From contig CAXXVD010000001.1 of NCBI GenBank assembly GCA_963662335.2, positions 448,001 through 512,000 on the forward strand: a DNA stretch of 64,000 bases, given 5' to 3'. Shown piece after piece: positions 11,347 to 19,922 of this stretch (the stretch's first letter is position 1; each line of letters starts with the position of its first letter). A program made the translations under genes and the position numbers. This DNA is from Chloroflexota bacterium (GTDB lineage: Bacteria; Chloroflexota; UBA11872; VXOZ01). Below the pieces are notes generated by a model that searched no databases, had not been told where the DNA came from, and saw only the letters and a program-made list of their open reading frames with translations.

Positions 11347-12099
11347 CTAGACCGAAATCGGCGCGGCGCTTGGAACCGGCGCCCCGGTGGGCAGTTCGAA
11401 CAACCGGCCGTAGCCCGGAATGGCCGCCGTGTGCCCCAGGTCGCGCAGGCACTGCCAATAGGTCGCCTGGTTGCTGGCCACCACCGGCATGCCGAGGTCT
11501 TCTTCCAGAGCCTGGATAACGTCCAGCGTGCGCAGATTGGTGCAGCTAATGAAGAGCGCGTCGGCGTCGGGCGCGGCGTGCTCGCGGGCAAAGCGGTAGG
11601 TCTCCGCCAGCGGCACCACGCCGATGTCGAAGGCCGTGAGAATGCCCATACCGGCCTGGCTCACCACGTCGAAGCCCCAATCGCGCAGGAACGTGACCTC
11701 CAGGTTGTTGAGTTCCGGGATGTAGGGCGTGACCATGGCGACGCGCTGCGCGCCCAGCGCCCGCAGGCCGCCGGCCACCGCGCCGGCCGTGGTCACGGCC
11801 GCGATGTCGCTGCCGCCGCGCAGCCGCTCCCGCAGTTCCTCTTCGCCGTCGGCGCCCTCGAAGAAGCTGCCGGCCGTGCAGGCAAAGGCGATCGCGTCCA
11901 CCCGCGCGCTGAGCAGTTCGTCCACGCCCCGGTCCACGTGGGCGCACATCTGCGCCATGTCGTCCGCGTCCGAGCGCGAGTTGCGCATGCGCGTGGCGAA
12001 TACCGAAAAACCCTCCGGCAGCAGCGCGCAGCCCTCCGGCTCCACCACCGTATTCACCGACGGCACCAGCAAACCGATGCGTCCCCGCCAACCAAACAT
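11347..12099 (-). CDS. Maleate cis-trans isomerase / Asp-Glu-hydantoin racemase family protein
   Basis: RIGLLVPSVNTVVEPE, FACTAGS, TPY, FISCTNL, ASNQA motifs (both catalytic Cys present). Confidence 0.9.
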   Translation of the reverse strand: MFGWRGRIGLLVPSVNTVVEPEGCALLPEGFSVFATRMRNSRSDADDMAQMCAHVDRGVDELLSARVDAIAFACTAGSFFEGADGEEELRERLRGGSDIAAVTTAGAVAGGLRALGAQRVAMVTPYIPELNNLEVTFLRDWGFDVVSQAGMGILTAFDIGVVPLAETYRFAREHAAPDADALFISCTNLRTLDVIQALEEDLGMPVVASNQATYWQCLRDLGHTAAIPGYGRLFELPTGAPVPSAAPISV

Positions 12100-12135
12100 G
12101 CCAGTTCCTCCAATCACCTACACACGGTATACAAA

Positions 12136-12337
12136 GTAGCGCGGGGGCTTGTCCCCCGCCAGAGCAAGACAAGAGCACACACAAATGATTAACCTTCAGC
12201 CTCGCAGGTTGCAAACCTGCGCTACCGGAGATGCGAGGCGCGCTTCTCATCGCCATTATGTCTAATGCGACAGCATTGGGGCTTGTCCCCCGCCGGAGCA
12301 AGAGAAGAGTACGCGCAAAGGATCGATCCCACAGCCA
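12136..12337. repeat. Composite REP element (A + inverted G + second A), homologous to 4149-4310
   Basis: GTAGCGCGGGGGCTTGTCCCCCGC...CGCAGGTTGCAAACCTGCGCTACCGGAGAT...GTCTAATGCGACAG.ATT.GGGCTTG. Confidence 0.8.
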
Positions 12338-12545
12338 TCCCGCCCCGCCCATACCACACCGATAATAGCGCAGCCACCGGGTCAAAACAACCTCGGTTGT
12401 CGCTGGCGCGCCCGCGCCCTACAATACGAGGCGGATGCCGGGCTGCGGACGCGCGCTAACAGGCCGCGCGGCCGCGTAAGAGTACGGCCGCACTCTCCTG
12501 GCGTCTCTCCTGAGCTTCTTGAGTTTCCACAGGGAGCGCGCCCCG

Positions 12546-13610
12546 GTGCAGATCGGCATCATCGGACTGCCATTTTCCGGCAAGACCACCGTCTTCACCG
12601 CCATCGCCGGCGGCGCGGCTGCGGAGCGCCACCAGTCACACGGCCTGGAACCGGCGCTGGCCGCCGTAGCGCTGCATGACCCGCGCCTGGAGGCGCTCTG
12701 CGGCCTCTTCCAGACCGAGCGCTGCATCCCCACCGAGGCGCAGTATCTGGACTTTCCCGGCGCCGGTTTTGGCAGGCAGGAGAAGGAAGCCGCCTGGGTA
12801 GCCACGCTGCGAACGGTAGACGCCCTGCTCATCGTGATTGGCGCATTTAGCGGCGCCCAAGACCCCGCCGACGAACTGGAGAGCATCCACCTCGACCTGC
12901 TGCTGCCCGACCTGCAAATCGTGGAGAGCCGCCTGAAGCGCATCGAGCCGCAGTGGCGCACGGCCCCGGCGGCGGAACGGCAGCAGCTTGACCGCGAGCG
13001 GGGGCTCCTGGAACGCATCCAAAGCGCCCTCGAACAGGGCGTTCCCGTGCGCGCGCTGGAGCTCGCCGCCGAGGAAGAGCAGGCGATCCGCGGCTTCCAA
13101 TTCCTCACCAATAAGCCCACGCTCGTGGCGCTCAACCTGTCCGAGGAACAGTGGCCGGAATCCGGTAAACTGGTTGCGCGGGCGCGCGCCGCCTACCCGC
13201 ACCCGCGGACAACGGTACTGGCCCTCAGCGCCCAACTGGAGATGGAAATCGCGCAACTGCCGCCGGACGAGGCCACGCTCTTTCGCGCCGACCTGGGCAT
13301 CGACGAACCGGGCGCGACGCGGGTCGTGCGCGAATCCCACGCGCTGCTTGGACTTATCCACTTCTTTACCCAGAATGAGAACGAAGTCCGCGCCTGGGCC
13401 ATCCCGCGCGGCACGCGGGCGCAAGACGCCGCCGGCAAGATCCACACGGACATGGCGCGCGGGTTCGCTCGCGCGGAAGTGATCGCCTGGGAGCAACTGG
13501 TCGCCTGCGGCGGTTACGGCGAGGCGCGCAAGCGCGGCCTGGTGCGCCAGGAAGGCCGCGACTACGTGGTGCAGGACGGCGACGTGCTCTATATTCTGTT
13601 CACGCGCTGA
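12546..13610 (+). CDS. ychF: YchF/Obg-like P-loop NTPase with C-terminal TGS (DUF933) domain, divergent
   Basis: GIIGLPFSGKTT P-loop, LTNKP, EVRAW, AAGKIHTDMARGF, EGRDYVVQDGDV. Confidence 0.85.
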   Translation: MQIGIIGLPFSGKTTVFTAIAGGAAAERHQSHGLEPALAAVALHDPRLEALCGLFQTERCIPTEAQYLDFPGAGFGRQEKEAAWVATLRTVDALLIVIGAFSGAQDPADELESIHLDLLLPDLQIVESRLKRIEPQWRTAPAAERQQLDRERGLLERIQSALEQGVPVRALELAAEEEQAIRGFQFLTNKPTLVALNLSEEQWPESGKLVARARAAYPHPRTTVLALSAQLEMEIAQLPPDEATLFRADLGIDEPGATRVVRESHALLGLIHFFTQNENEVRAWAIPRGTRAQDAAGKIHTDMARGFARAEVIAWEQLVACGGYGEARKRGLVRQEGRDYVVQDGDVLYILFTR

Positions 13611-13668
13611 TTGCTTTCAAAGCAGCACGACAGAGGCCGTCTCTAGCATGAAAGTAGCGCGACGGAAT

Positions 13669-13742
13669 CCGTCATTCCCGCTTGCGCGGGAATCCAGCGG
13701 CTGCGTGACCAAGATGGATTCCCGCTTGCGCGGGAATGACGG
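13669..13742. repeat. REPIN-like element (family C, dRS3-like ATTCCC-N-GGGAAT arms)
   Basis: CCGTCATTCCCGCTTGCGCGGGAATCCA...TGGATTCCCGCTTGCGCGGGAATGACGG. Confidence 0.88.
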
Positions 13743-13894
13743 ATTCTCCTGCGCAATCTTGAAACAAGCGGCAGTCAGGCATCCCGCTTCCATTTTCGCT
13801 CAGACCGGTCATCCTTTCCCAAACCCTACCGCATGGTTATATAATTGCCGGTGAACGAATTCCCATATTGAGAACACCTGGAGGCAATCCGCTC

Positions 13895-15058
13895 GTGGCA
13901 TCCTCTCCCAGCGGCCAGGCCGTAGCCGACCGCATTCTGGCGCTTACCCCTTCCCCCACCATGGCCATGGACGCCAAGGCCAAAGCCATGGTGCGCGCCG
14001 GCAGCGACGTCATCAATCTCTCCGTCGGCGAGCCGGACTTCGATACGCCGGCGCACATCAAGGCGGCCGCCATCGGCGCGATTCAGGACGGCTTCAACAA
14101 ATACACCCCGGCCGGCGGCATTCCCGAACTGAAAGAGGCCATTGCGGAGAAACTCGCCCGCGAGAACGGCGTCGCCTACAGTCCCAACGAGGTGGTGGCC
14201 TGCGTCGGCGGCAAGCAGGCGGTCTGCAACGTCTTTCTGGCGATTTGCAACCCGGGCGACGAGGTCATCGTCCACGCCCCCACCTGGCCGACGTTTCTCG
14301 AACAAATCAAACTGGCCCAGGGCACACCCGTTACCGTGCCGCTGGCCGCGCCGTTCGCGATCACGGCGGACCCGTTGCTGGAGCGCATCACCGGCAACAC
14401 CCGCGCCATTCTGCTCAATTCGCCCTGCAATCCCACGGGCGAGGTGGCGCCGCCGGACGAAATCCGCAAACTGGCGCGCGCGTGCGTGGAGCGCGGCATC
14501 TACCTCATCGCCGACGAGACGTACGAACACTTTCTCTACGGCGACACGGAACACCTCTCACCGGCCTCCATGGGGCCGGACGAAAAGGCGCACGTCATCA
14601 CGGTGAACACCGTTTCCAAGACCTACGCCATGACCGGCTGGCGTCTCGGCTACGTGGCCGGGCCGGAGCCGGTGATCGCGGCCATCAACGACCTGATGAC
14701 GCAGATCACCAGCAATCCTACGTCGGCGGCGCAGAAAGCCGCTATTGCCGCGCTCACCGGGCCGCAGGACTGCGTGCGCGAAATGGTGGCGGAGTTCAGC
14801 GAGCGGCGCGCGCTGCTGGTGAACGGACTGCGGGACGCGGGCTATGCCTGCGCGCTGCCCGGCGGCGCGTTCTACGCTTTTCCGCACGTGAAAGGCGGCG
14901 CGCAGGACATGGCCGTGGCCGACCGCCTGCTGGAAGAGGCGCACGTGGCTACCGTGCCGGGGTCGTCCTTCCTGGCCGACGGCCACCTGCGCATGTCCTA
15001 CGCCACCAGCCGCGAGAAATTGCACGAGGCCCTCGACCGCCTGCGCAAGCTAACGTAG
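13895..15058 (+). CDS. Class I/II PLP aminotransferase (aspartate aminotransferase-like)
   Basis: LSVGEPDF, NSPCNPTG, DETY, SKTYAMTGWRLGY motifs; GGAGG SD before GTG 13895. Confidence 0.92.
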   Translation: MASSPSGQAVADRILALTPSPTMAMDAKAKAMVRAGSDVINLSVGEPDFDTPAHIKAAAIGAIQDGFNKYTPAGGIPELKEAIAEKLARENGVAYSPNEVVACVGGKQAVCNVFLAICNPGDEVIVHAPTWPTFLEQIKLAQGTPVTVPLAAPFAITADPLLERITGNTRAILLNSPCNPTGEVAPPDEIRKLARACVERGIYLIADETYEHFLYGDTEHLSPASMGPDEKAHVITVNTVSKTYAMTGWRLGYVAGPEPVIAAINDLMTQITSNPTSAAQKAAIAALTGPQDCVREMVAEFSERRALLVNGLRDAGYACALPGGAFYAFPHVKGGAQDMAVADRLLEEAHVATVPGSSFLADGHLRMSYATSREKLHEALDRLRKLT

Positions 15059-15065
15059 CGTATCT

Positions 15066-15185
15066 GTAGCGCGGGGGCTTGTCCCCCGCCGTCTGGCACA
15101 CATCGTAGCGCGGGGGCTTGTCCCCCGCCTCTTGGCACAGGTCAATAGGGGGCCTGCGTAGGGGCGCTTCGCGAAGCGCCCCTGC
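15066..15185. repeat. Two REP-A copies plus palindrome GTAGGGGCGCTTCGCGAAGCGCCCCT
   Basis: GTAGCGCGGGGGCTTGTCCCCCGC at 15066 and 15105. Confidence 0.85.
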
Positions 15186-15239
15186 CGGGCACAGGCAACC
15201 GCTCGCGAAACTAGAAGCAAGTAGCAGTGGAGGCACACC

Positions 15240-16373
15240 ATGAGAATCAGCGACGTCCAGACCCACATCGTCAACAACGGCTCCCGCAACTACACCTTCG
15301 TCACCGTCACCGAAGAGAACGGCCTGTACGGCATCGGCGAATCCGGCTGTTCCGGCAAGGACAAAGCGGTGGCGGCGGCGGTGGAACACTACCGGCCCAT
15401 GCTCATTGGGCAAGACCCCGCCCGCATCGAGCACATCTGGCAAGACCACTTTCGCGGCAACTTCTGGCGCGCCGGCCCGGTGCTCACCGCCGCGATCTCC
15501 GCCTTGGACATTGCCCTGTGGGACCTCCTCGGCAAGGCGTTGGAAGTCCCTACCTACCAATTGCTCGGCGGCAGGACCCGCGACAAAGTGCGCTGCTACG
15601 CCCACTTCAGCGGCGGCAGCCCGGATGCGTCTGCGCAAGCCGCCAAAGCGCGGATGGATGAAGGCTTCGAGGTGGTGCGGTTCGGCCTGCCCTCCGGCCC
15701 CGGCGACATCCTGGAGCCGGCGCGGGCCGTCTGCGATACGGTGGAAGCGTTTACAGCCGTGCGCGAGACCGTGGGGCATGAAATCGAGATTGCCCTGGAC
15801 GTACACACCCGCCTCAATCCCACGTGGGCGATTCAGTTGTGTAAACGGCTTGAGCCGCTGCGCCCCTTCTTCATCGAAGACCCGATTCGCTCGGAAAACC
15901 CGCAGTCGTTCGCCAACCTGCGCCACCACACCAGCGTCCCTATCGCCACCGGCGAGCAACTGCTCACCAAGTGGCAGTTCCGCGAGCTGATCGAGAACGA
16001 GTGGATCGACTACATGCGCGCGGATCTCGGCCTGGTCGGCGGCATCACCGAAGGCAAGAAGATCGCCGCCATGTGCGAGACGCACTACATCGACACGGCC
16101 CTGCACAATCCGCTGGGGCCCGTGAACACCGCCGCCAGCGTGCAACTGGACCTGTGCATTCCCAACTTCGGCATCCAGGAACTCGCCATGGCGCCGCCGG
16201 CCATGACCGACGTCTTCCCCACCCAGTGCCGGGTGGAGGCCGGACATCTCTATCCCGCCGACGTACCCGGCATCGGCATCGAATTCAACGCCGAGGCGGC
16301 GGCGCAGTATCCGTACCAGGACTGGGAACACGCCCGCCTGCACCGGGACGATGGGTCGTTTACGGACTGGTAG
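15240..16373 (+). CDS. Mandelate racemase/MLE superfamily acid-sugar dehydratase (DgoD/RspA-like)
   Basis: AISALDIALWDLLGK, DVHTR, FIEDP, ATGE, GGITE, HNPLGP, C-terminal DGSFTDW. Confidence 0.92.
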   Translation: MRISDVQTHIVNNGSRNYTFVTVTEENGLYGIGESGCSGKDKAVAAAVEHYRPMLIGQDPARIEHIWQDHFRGNFWRAGPVLTAAISALDIALWDLLGKALEVPTYQLLGGRTRDKVRCYAHFSGGSPDASAQAAKARMDEGFEVVRFGLPSGPGDILEPARAVCDTVEAFTAVRETVGHEIEIALDVHTRLNPTWAIQLCKRLEPLRPFFIEDPIRSENPQSFANLRHHTSVPIATGEQLLTKWQFRELIENEWIDYMRADLGLVGGITEGKKIAAMCETHYIDTALHNPLGPVNTAASVQLDLCIPNFGIQELAMAPPAMTDVFPTQCRVEAGHLYPADVPGIGIEFNAEAAAQYPYQDWEHARLHRDDGSFTDW

Positions 16374-16404
16374 CCATCCTGGCTTGCAGGGCTTTCCGAA
16401 GCGA

Positions 16405-17676
16405 CTATTGCGCCGGGTGGGCAGGTGCTAAGTCGCCGTCGGCATCTAGGGTAATCAGGTCGCGGCGGTCAGCGCCGTCGCGGGCCATTGTGTAGAGTTG
16501 GGGCGGCACGCTACTCTGCGCATCTCCAGGGATATAGAAAGCAATGCGCGTGCCGTCTGGAGAGAGCACGCCATCCGCAGTCCACCATTCTGGGATCTCC
16601 TGCCGCAAGTCCGTGCCATCTGGACGAACCGTATAAATGCCGGTGGGCTTCCCTTCCTCATTGGCCATCACAAAAGCAAGTCGTCCTCCGTCCGGCGACC
16701 ATGCTGGCAATACTAGTGCGGTGTCCCCTGAGTTGTGCGGCGGCTGTAGCTCGCCCGCTATTCCCGCGATTCGCGTCATCTCCGTGCCATCCACTCTCAC
16801 GGTGTAGAGTATCTTGCGATACGGCCAAGATCGCCCTTCATCAACTAGAAACGCAATGCGTTCTCCGTCTGGAGACCATGCTGGCGGGGCAAAGGCCAGC
16901 CCTCCCAACCACGCGCTTTCGGTCTCATTGACTTCCTCGGCGCTCTTTCCTTGTATGCGCGTGGATTCTGCGTTCGTATACCACACTGTGCGGCGATCCT
17001 GAGTGTGCGCTACCTTGAGCGTAGAAGCGACCAATTGAACATCCGAACCATCTGCCGCCATCGTGTACAGTTCGGCGGCGCCAGAGCCGGAGCGACGGGT
17101 AGAAATGAAGGCGATCCGGCTGCCGTCAGGTGACCATTCCGGGTAGTGATCCGTGTACTTGCTTTCTGTGAGCCGCTGCTGAATACTGCTGTCGAGGTCT
17201 ATCAATGCTAACTCATAGTGGAAGTCTGACCGCTCAAAGACTGTTGCGCTCTCCGCGCTTCGACTAGCCGGGAACGCACAGGACGAATAGACAAGCCGTT
17301 GCCCATCTGGAGAGAGGTCAGCGTGGAATCCATACCACATCATGTATCCAGAGCCTGCGTCTACGATCTCACGAACTTGCGTACCAGCGGCATCGACTGC
17401 CAAAATGACCGTTGCCGTGGGAGAATCGGGGTCGGAGCGCGCATATACGTAGTTGAACAGGAGCAGCGAACTGTCTGGCGTCCAGATAACAAATGAATCC
17501 TTGTATCCAGGGCCGTAGGGGCTCCAGTAAGGGCCGCACACGTAACTGTCATGGCTGATTTCGATTGGACCGACAGGCGGCTCATCCTCGTAGGAGCAAC
17601 CTAAGACTCCTAGGGCAACGATTAGAGCCGCTGTCTTTAGGAAAGTAAAGTGGTCTGCTTGATTGGCGCCGATCAT
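16405..17676 (-). CDS. TolB-like (PD40/WD40-like beta-propeller) lipoprotein
   Basis: Lipobox VLGC; repeated P.WSPDG..IAF motifs; atypical AT-richer codon usage. Confidence 0.85.
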   Translation of the reverse strand: MIGANQADHFTFLKTAALIVALGVLGCSYEDEPPVGPIEISHDSYVCGPYWSPYGPGYKDSFVIWTPDSSLLLFNYVYARSDPDSPTATVILAVDAAGTQVREIVDAGSGYMMWYGFHADLSPDGQRLVYSSCAFPASRSAESATVFERSDFHYELALIDLDSSIQQRLTESKYTDHYPEWSPDGSRIAFISTRRSGSGAAELYTMAADGSDVQLVASTLKVAHTQDRRTVWYTNAESTRIQGKSAEEVNETESAWLGGLAFAPPAWSPDGERIAFLVDEGRSWPYRKILYTVRVDGTEMTRIAGIAGELQPPHNSGDTALVLPAWSPDGGRLAFVMANEEGKPTGIYTVRPDGTDLRQEIPEWWTADGVLSPDGTRIAFYIPGDAQSSVPPQLYTMARDGADRRDLITLDADGDLAPAHPAQ

Positions 17677-18106
17677 GTCATGAACTCCAGCAGGTTAGTG
17701 CGACTGATAGATTGCAAAGATGGGCATGCTGTGAATGAGACTTGGCGAACAGTCATGTGCAACTACACCTGTAACGGAGGGATCGTTCTTAATCGAGTCA
17801 GCGATTGATGGAAACCTTAGAGTCTGTGGTCTGCCGCCTTCTCAGATGATCCGCGCATCCCGACGGCATGTCCTGCTCCATGTACCTTCAAAATATACGT
17901 ACTCGCCCGAAAAATCGGGAATGCACTTTGACCACGCGCAGCGGATTGCGCGCCCCTCTCAATAGAGACGACCGTTCGCGGAAGTAGCAGAAGTCCGCAT
18001 CTTGCTCTCTTGGATGTATTGGGCGCGGGTGCCTAAGAATTTGCGCGTGGCTCGCCGGCGCCGTGCCTATCGGCGCACCCCGCTTCGACGGAATCGTATC
18101 GGTCCT

Positions 18107-18661
18107 TTAGGGCTGCGGACACGTCAGCAGGCGCTCGGCAATGCGCAGCACGATGTCCCAGTCCTGTTGCGTGGGCTTGAACTTGCCGCTGATCTGCACC
18201 GTCCAGCCCTGAAACTCGCCGGCGTGGCTCTTGATCTCCACGTCGCCGGTCTTCTTGACGAACGCCTTTACCGCCGGATCGTTGGCGAAGGCGCTGAGCA
18301 ACCGGCTGGCGTGGTCTTCGCCCTGCCACGTCACGTCCACCACCTTGCCAAAGAGCGGTATCGACTTCTTGCGCACCGTCTTGATTTTCACCAATCGTTG
18401 ATCCGAAAACGTCCGCTCGTCCGGGATGCCCAGCACGGCCCACCATTGCGGCGGGCTGTACTGCGACCCGTCATGCTTCAAGCAGTTTATCCAGCGGATC
18501 GGCCCGGACGGCAGGTCGATGATGCCCTGCGAACGATTCGACCACGTATCCTGGATCTTCTCTTCCGGCCGCCCGCGCTCGGCCATGGTGGCGGCGATGC
18601 CCAAATCGTTGAGCGCGCGGGTGATTTCATCCCGCGTCTTGTCGCGTAGGCGTTCTTTCAT
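18107..18661 (-). CDS. Hypothetical protein
   Basis: AGGAGAG SD before ATG 18661; protein-like composition, no motif recognised. Confidence 0.7.
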   Translation of the reverse strand: MKERLRDKTRDEITRALNDLGIAATMAERGRPEEKIQDTWSNRSQGIIDLPSGPIRWINCLKHDGSQYSPPQWWAVLGIPDERTFSDQRLVKIKTVRKKSIPLFGKVVDVTWQGEDHASRLLSAFANDPAVKAFVKKTGDVEIKSHAGEFQGWTVQISGKFKPTQQDWDIVLRIAERLLTCPQP

Positions 18662-18709
18662 GCGCTCTCTCCTCCCTGGCGCCGCTAACTCTCGTCCCGC
18701 AACGAGCAT

Positions 18710-19729
18710 TCACCCTCCGGTGAACGTAATGCGCGCGCCGTTGAACACGCGGCAGGTGAAGCGCACGCGCCGCTCGCCGGCGGGCGCTACCAGCGCCGCG
18801 CCGTCCGGGCCGTGGACGCGCACCGGGCCGGGATCGTCGGCAAAGGAGACGAGAAACGTCAGTTCGCCCTCCACGATCTGCGGCGGCAGATGCGGTAAGT
18901 CCAGCGCAATGGTGGCCTGTGCCTCCGATTCCTGCTCGATAGCGGTCTCGCAGTGGCGGCGCAGGTAGCGATACCGCACCACGTCGTCCGGATTCGCCGC
19001 CCACAGCGCATCGCCAAATGCCGTGCGCATCTGGTCGAAGCGCCCTTCCAGCGCATACGGCGAGATGCACTTGTGCCCCTGCGGCGTCTTGTACATGACC
19101 AGGTGGGTCACGTCCACCAGCCACTTGCCCCGCGCCCGCTCCGGCGCAAATCCCCGCCGCGAGAGCCACTCGGGCAGGTACTCGATTTCGTCATCCTCGC
19201 ACAGGCGGTTGCGCCAGATGCTGAAGGGATCGAAGTCCGGCGCGTTGATGTGCTCGGCGTCATTCGAGGCGTGGGTGAGGCCCAGGTAGCCCGGCGTGCG
19301 CTCCACCCAGGCGCGCACCGTGTCGTAAAGCTCGAAGCTGTTCCACGAGGAGAACACCGGCGCCGGCCGCCCCAGCGCGCGCTCCAGGATGTGGTACGAC
19401 TTCACGATCTCCTGGGCGAAGTCGATGCGGCTGGGGTCCCGCAGCGGCGGATGCGAATAACTGTGGTTGCTCACGCTCCAGCCTTGGGACAAGAGGAACT
19501 TCAGGTGTTCCGGCCCCATATGAAAATAGTCGTTGAGCGAACTGCGCTCCACGTGGCGCTTCTCCCCCAGTTGGCCGGCCACCACCGCCGCGTCGCCGGG
19601 AATGCCGTATTTCTGGTTGAGAGGAAAGGCGTTTGCCAGGCAATCGAGCGTGCCTTCGTCGTAGACCACCGAGTAGACGAACGCGGCGTCATCCTGCCAC
19701 GGCGCAATCTCAACGGACGTAATCCGCAT
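18710..19729 (-). CDS. Polysaccharide deacetylase (NodB-like) family protein
   Basis: YSVVYDEG, GWSVSNHSYSHP, W.VDVTH motifs. Confidence 0.75.
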   Translation of the reverse strand: MRITSVEIAPWQDDAAFVYSVVYDEGTLDCLANAFPLNQKYGIPGDAAVVAGQLGEKRHVERSSLNDYFHMGPEHLKFLLSQGWSVSNHSYSHPPLRDPSRIDFAQEIVKSYHILERALGRPAPVFSSWNSFELYDTVRAWVERTPGYLGLTHASNDAEHINAPDFDPFSIWRNRLCEDDEIEYLPEWLSRRGFAPERARGKWLVDVTHLVMYKTPQGHKCISPYALEGRFDQMRTAFGDALWAANPDDVVRYRYLRRHCETAIEQESEAQATIALDLPHLPPQIVEGELTFLVSFADDPGPVRVHGPDGAALVAPAGERRVRFTCRVFNGARITFTGG

Positions 19730-19813
19730 GGCAACTCACTCCAAACTGGCTATCTTCTACCGGCAACCGGCCGGAGGATGCCCCTTACTTCTACAGAGTC
19801 CGGCGGCAGACTC

Positions 19814-19889
19814 CGTCATTCCCGCGAACGCGGGAATCCATCTTCTCTGCGTGCGACAAGGATGGATTCCCGCGTTCGCGGGAATGACG
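19814..19889. repeat. REPIN-like element (family C)
   Basis: CGTCATTCCCGCGAACGCGGGAATCCATC...GATGGATTCCCGCGTTCGCGGGAATGACG. Confidence 0.88.
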
Positions 19890-19922
19890 ATCGGGACGCC
19901 AGCCCTCCACTCTCATTCAGAA

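Noticed and set aside
17700-18100. tRNA, sRNA or IS remnant in the AT-rich gap
   Set aside because: No cloverleaf, terminal inverted repeats or transposase-like frame visible.
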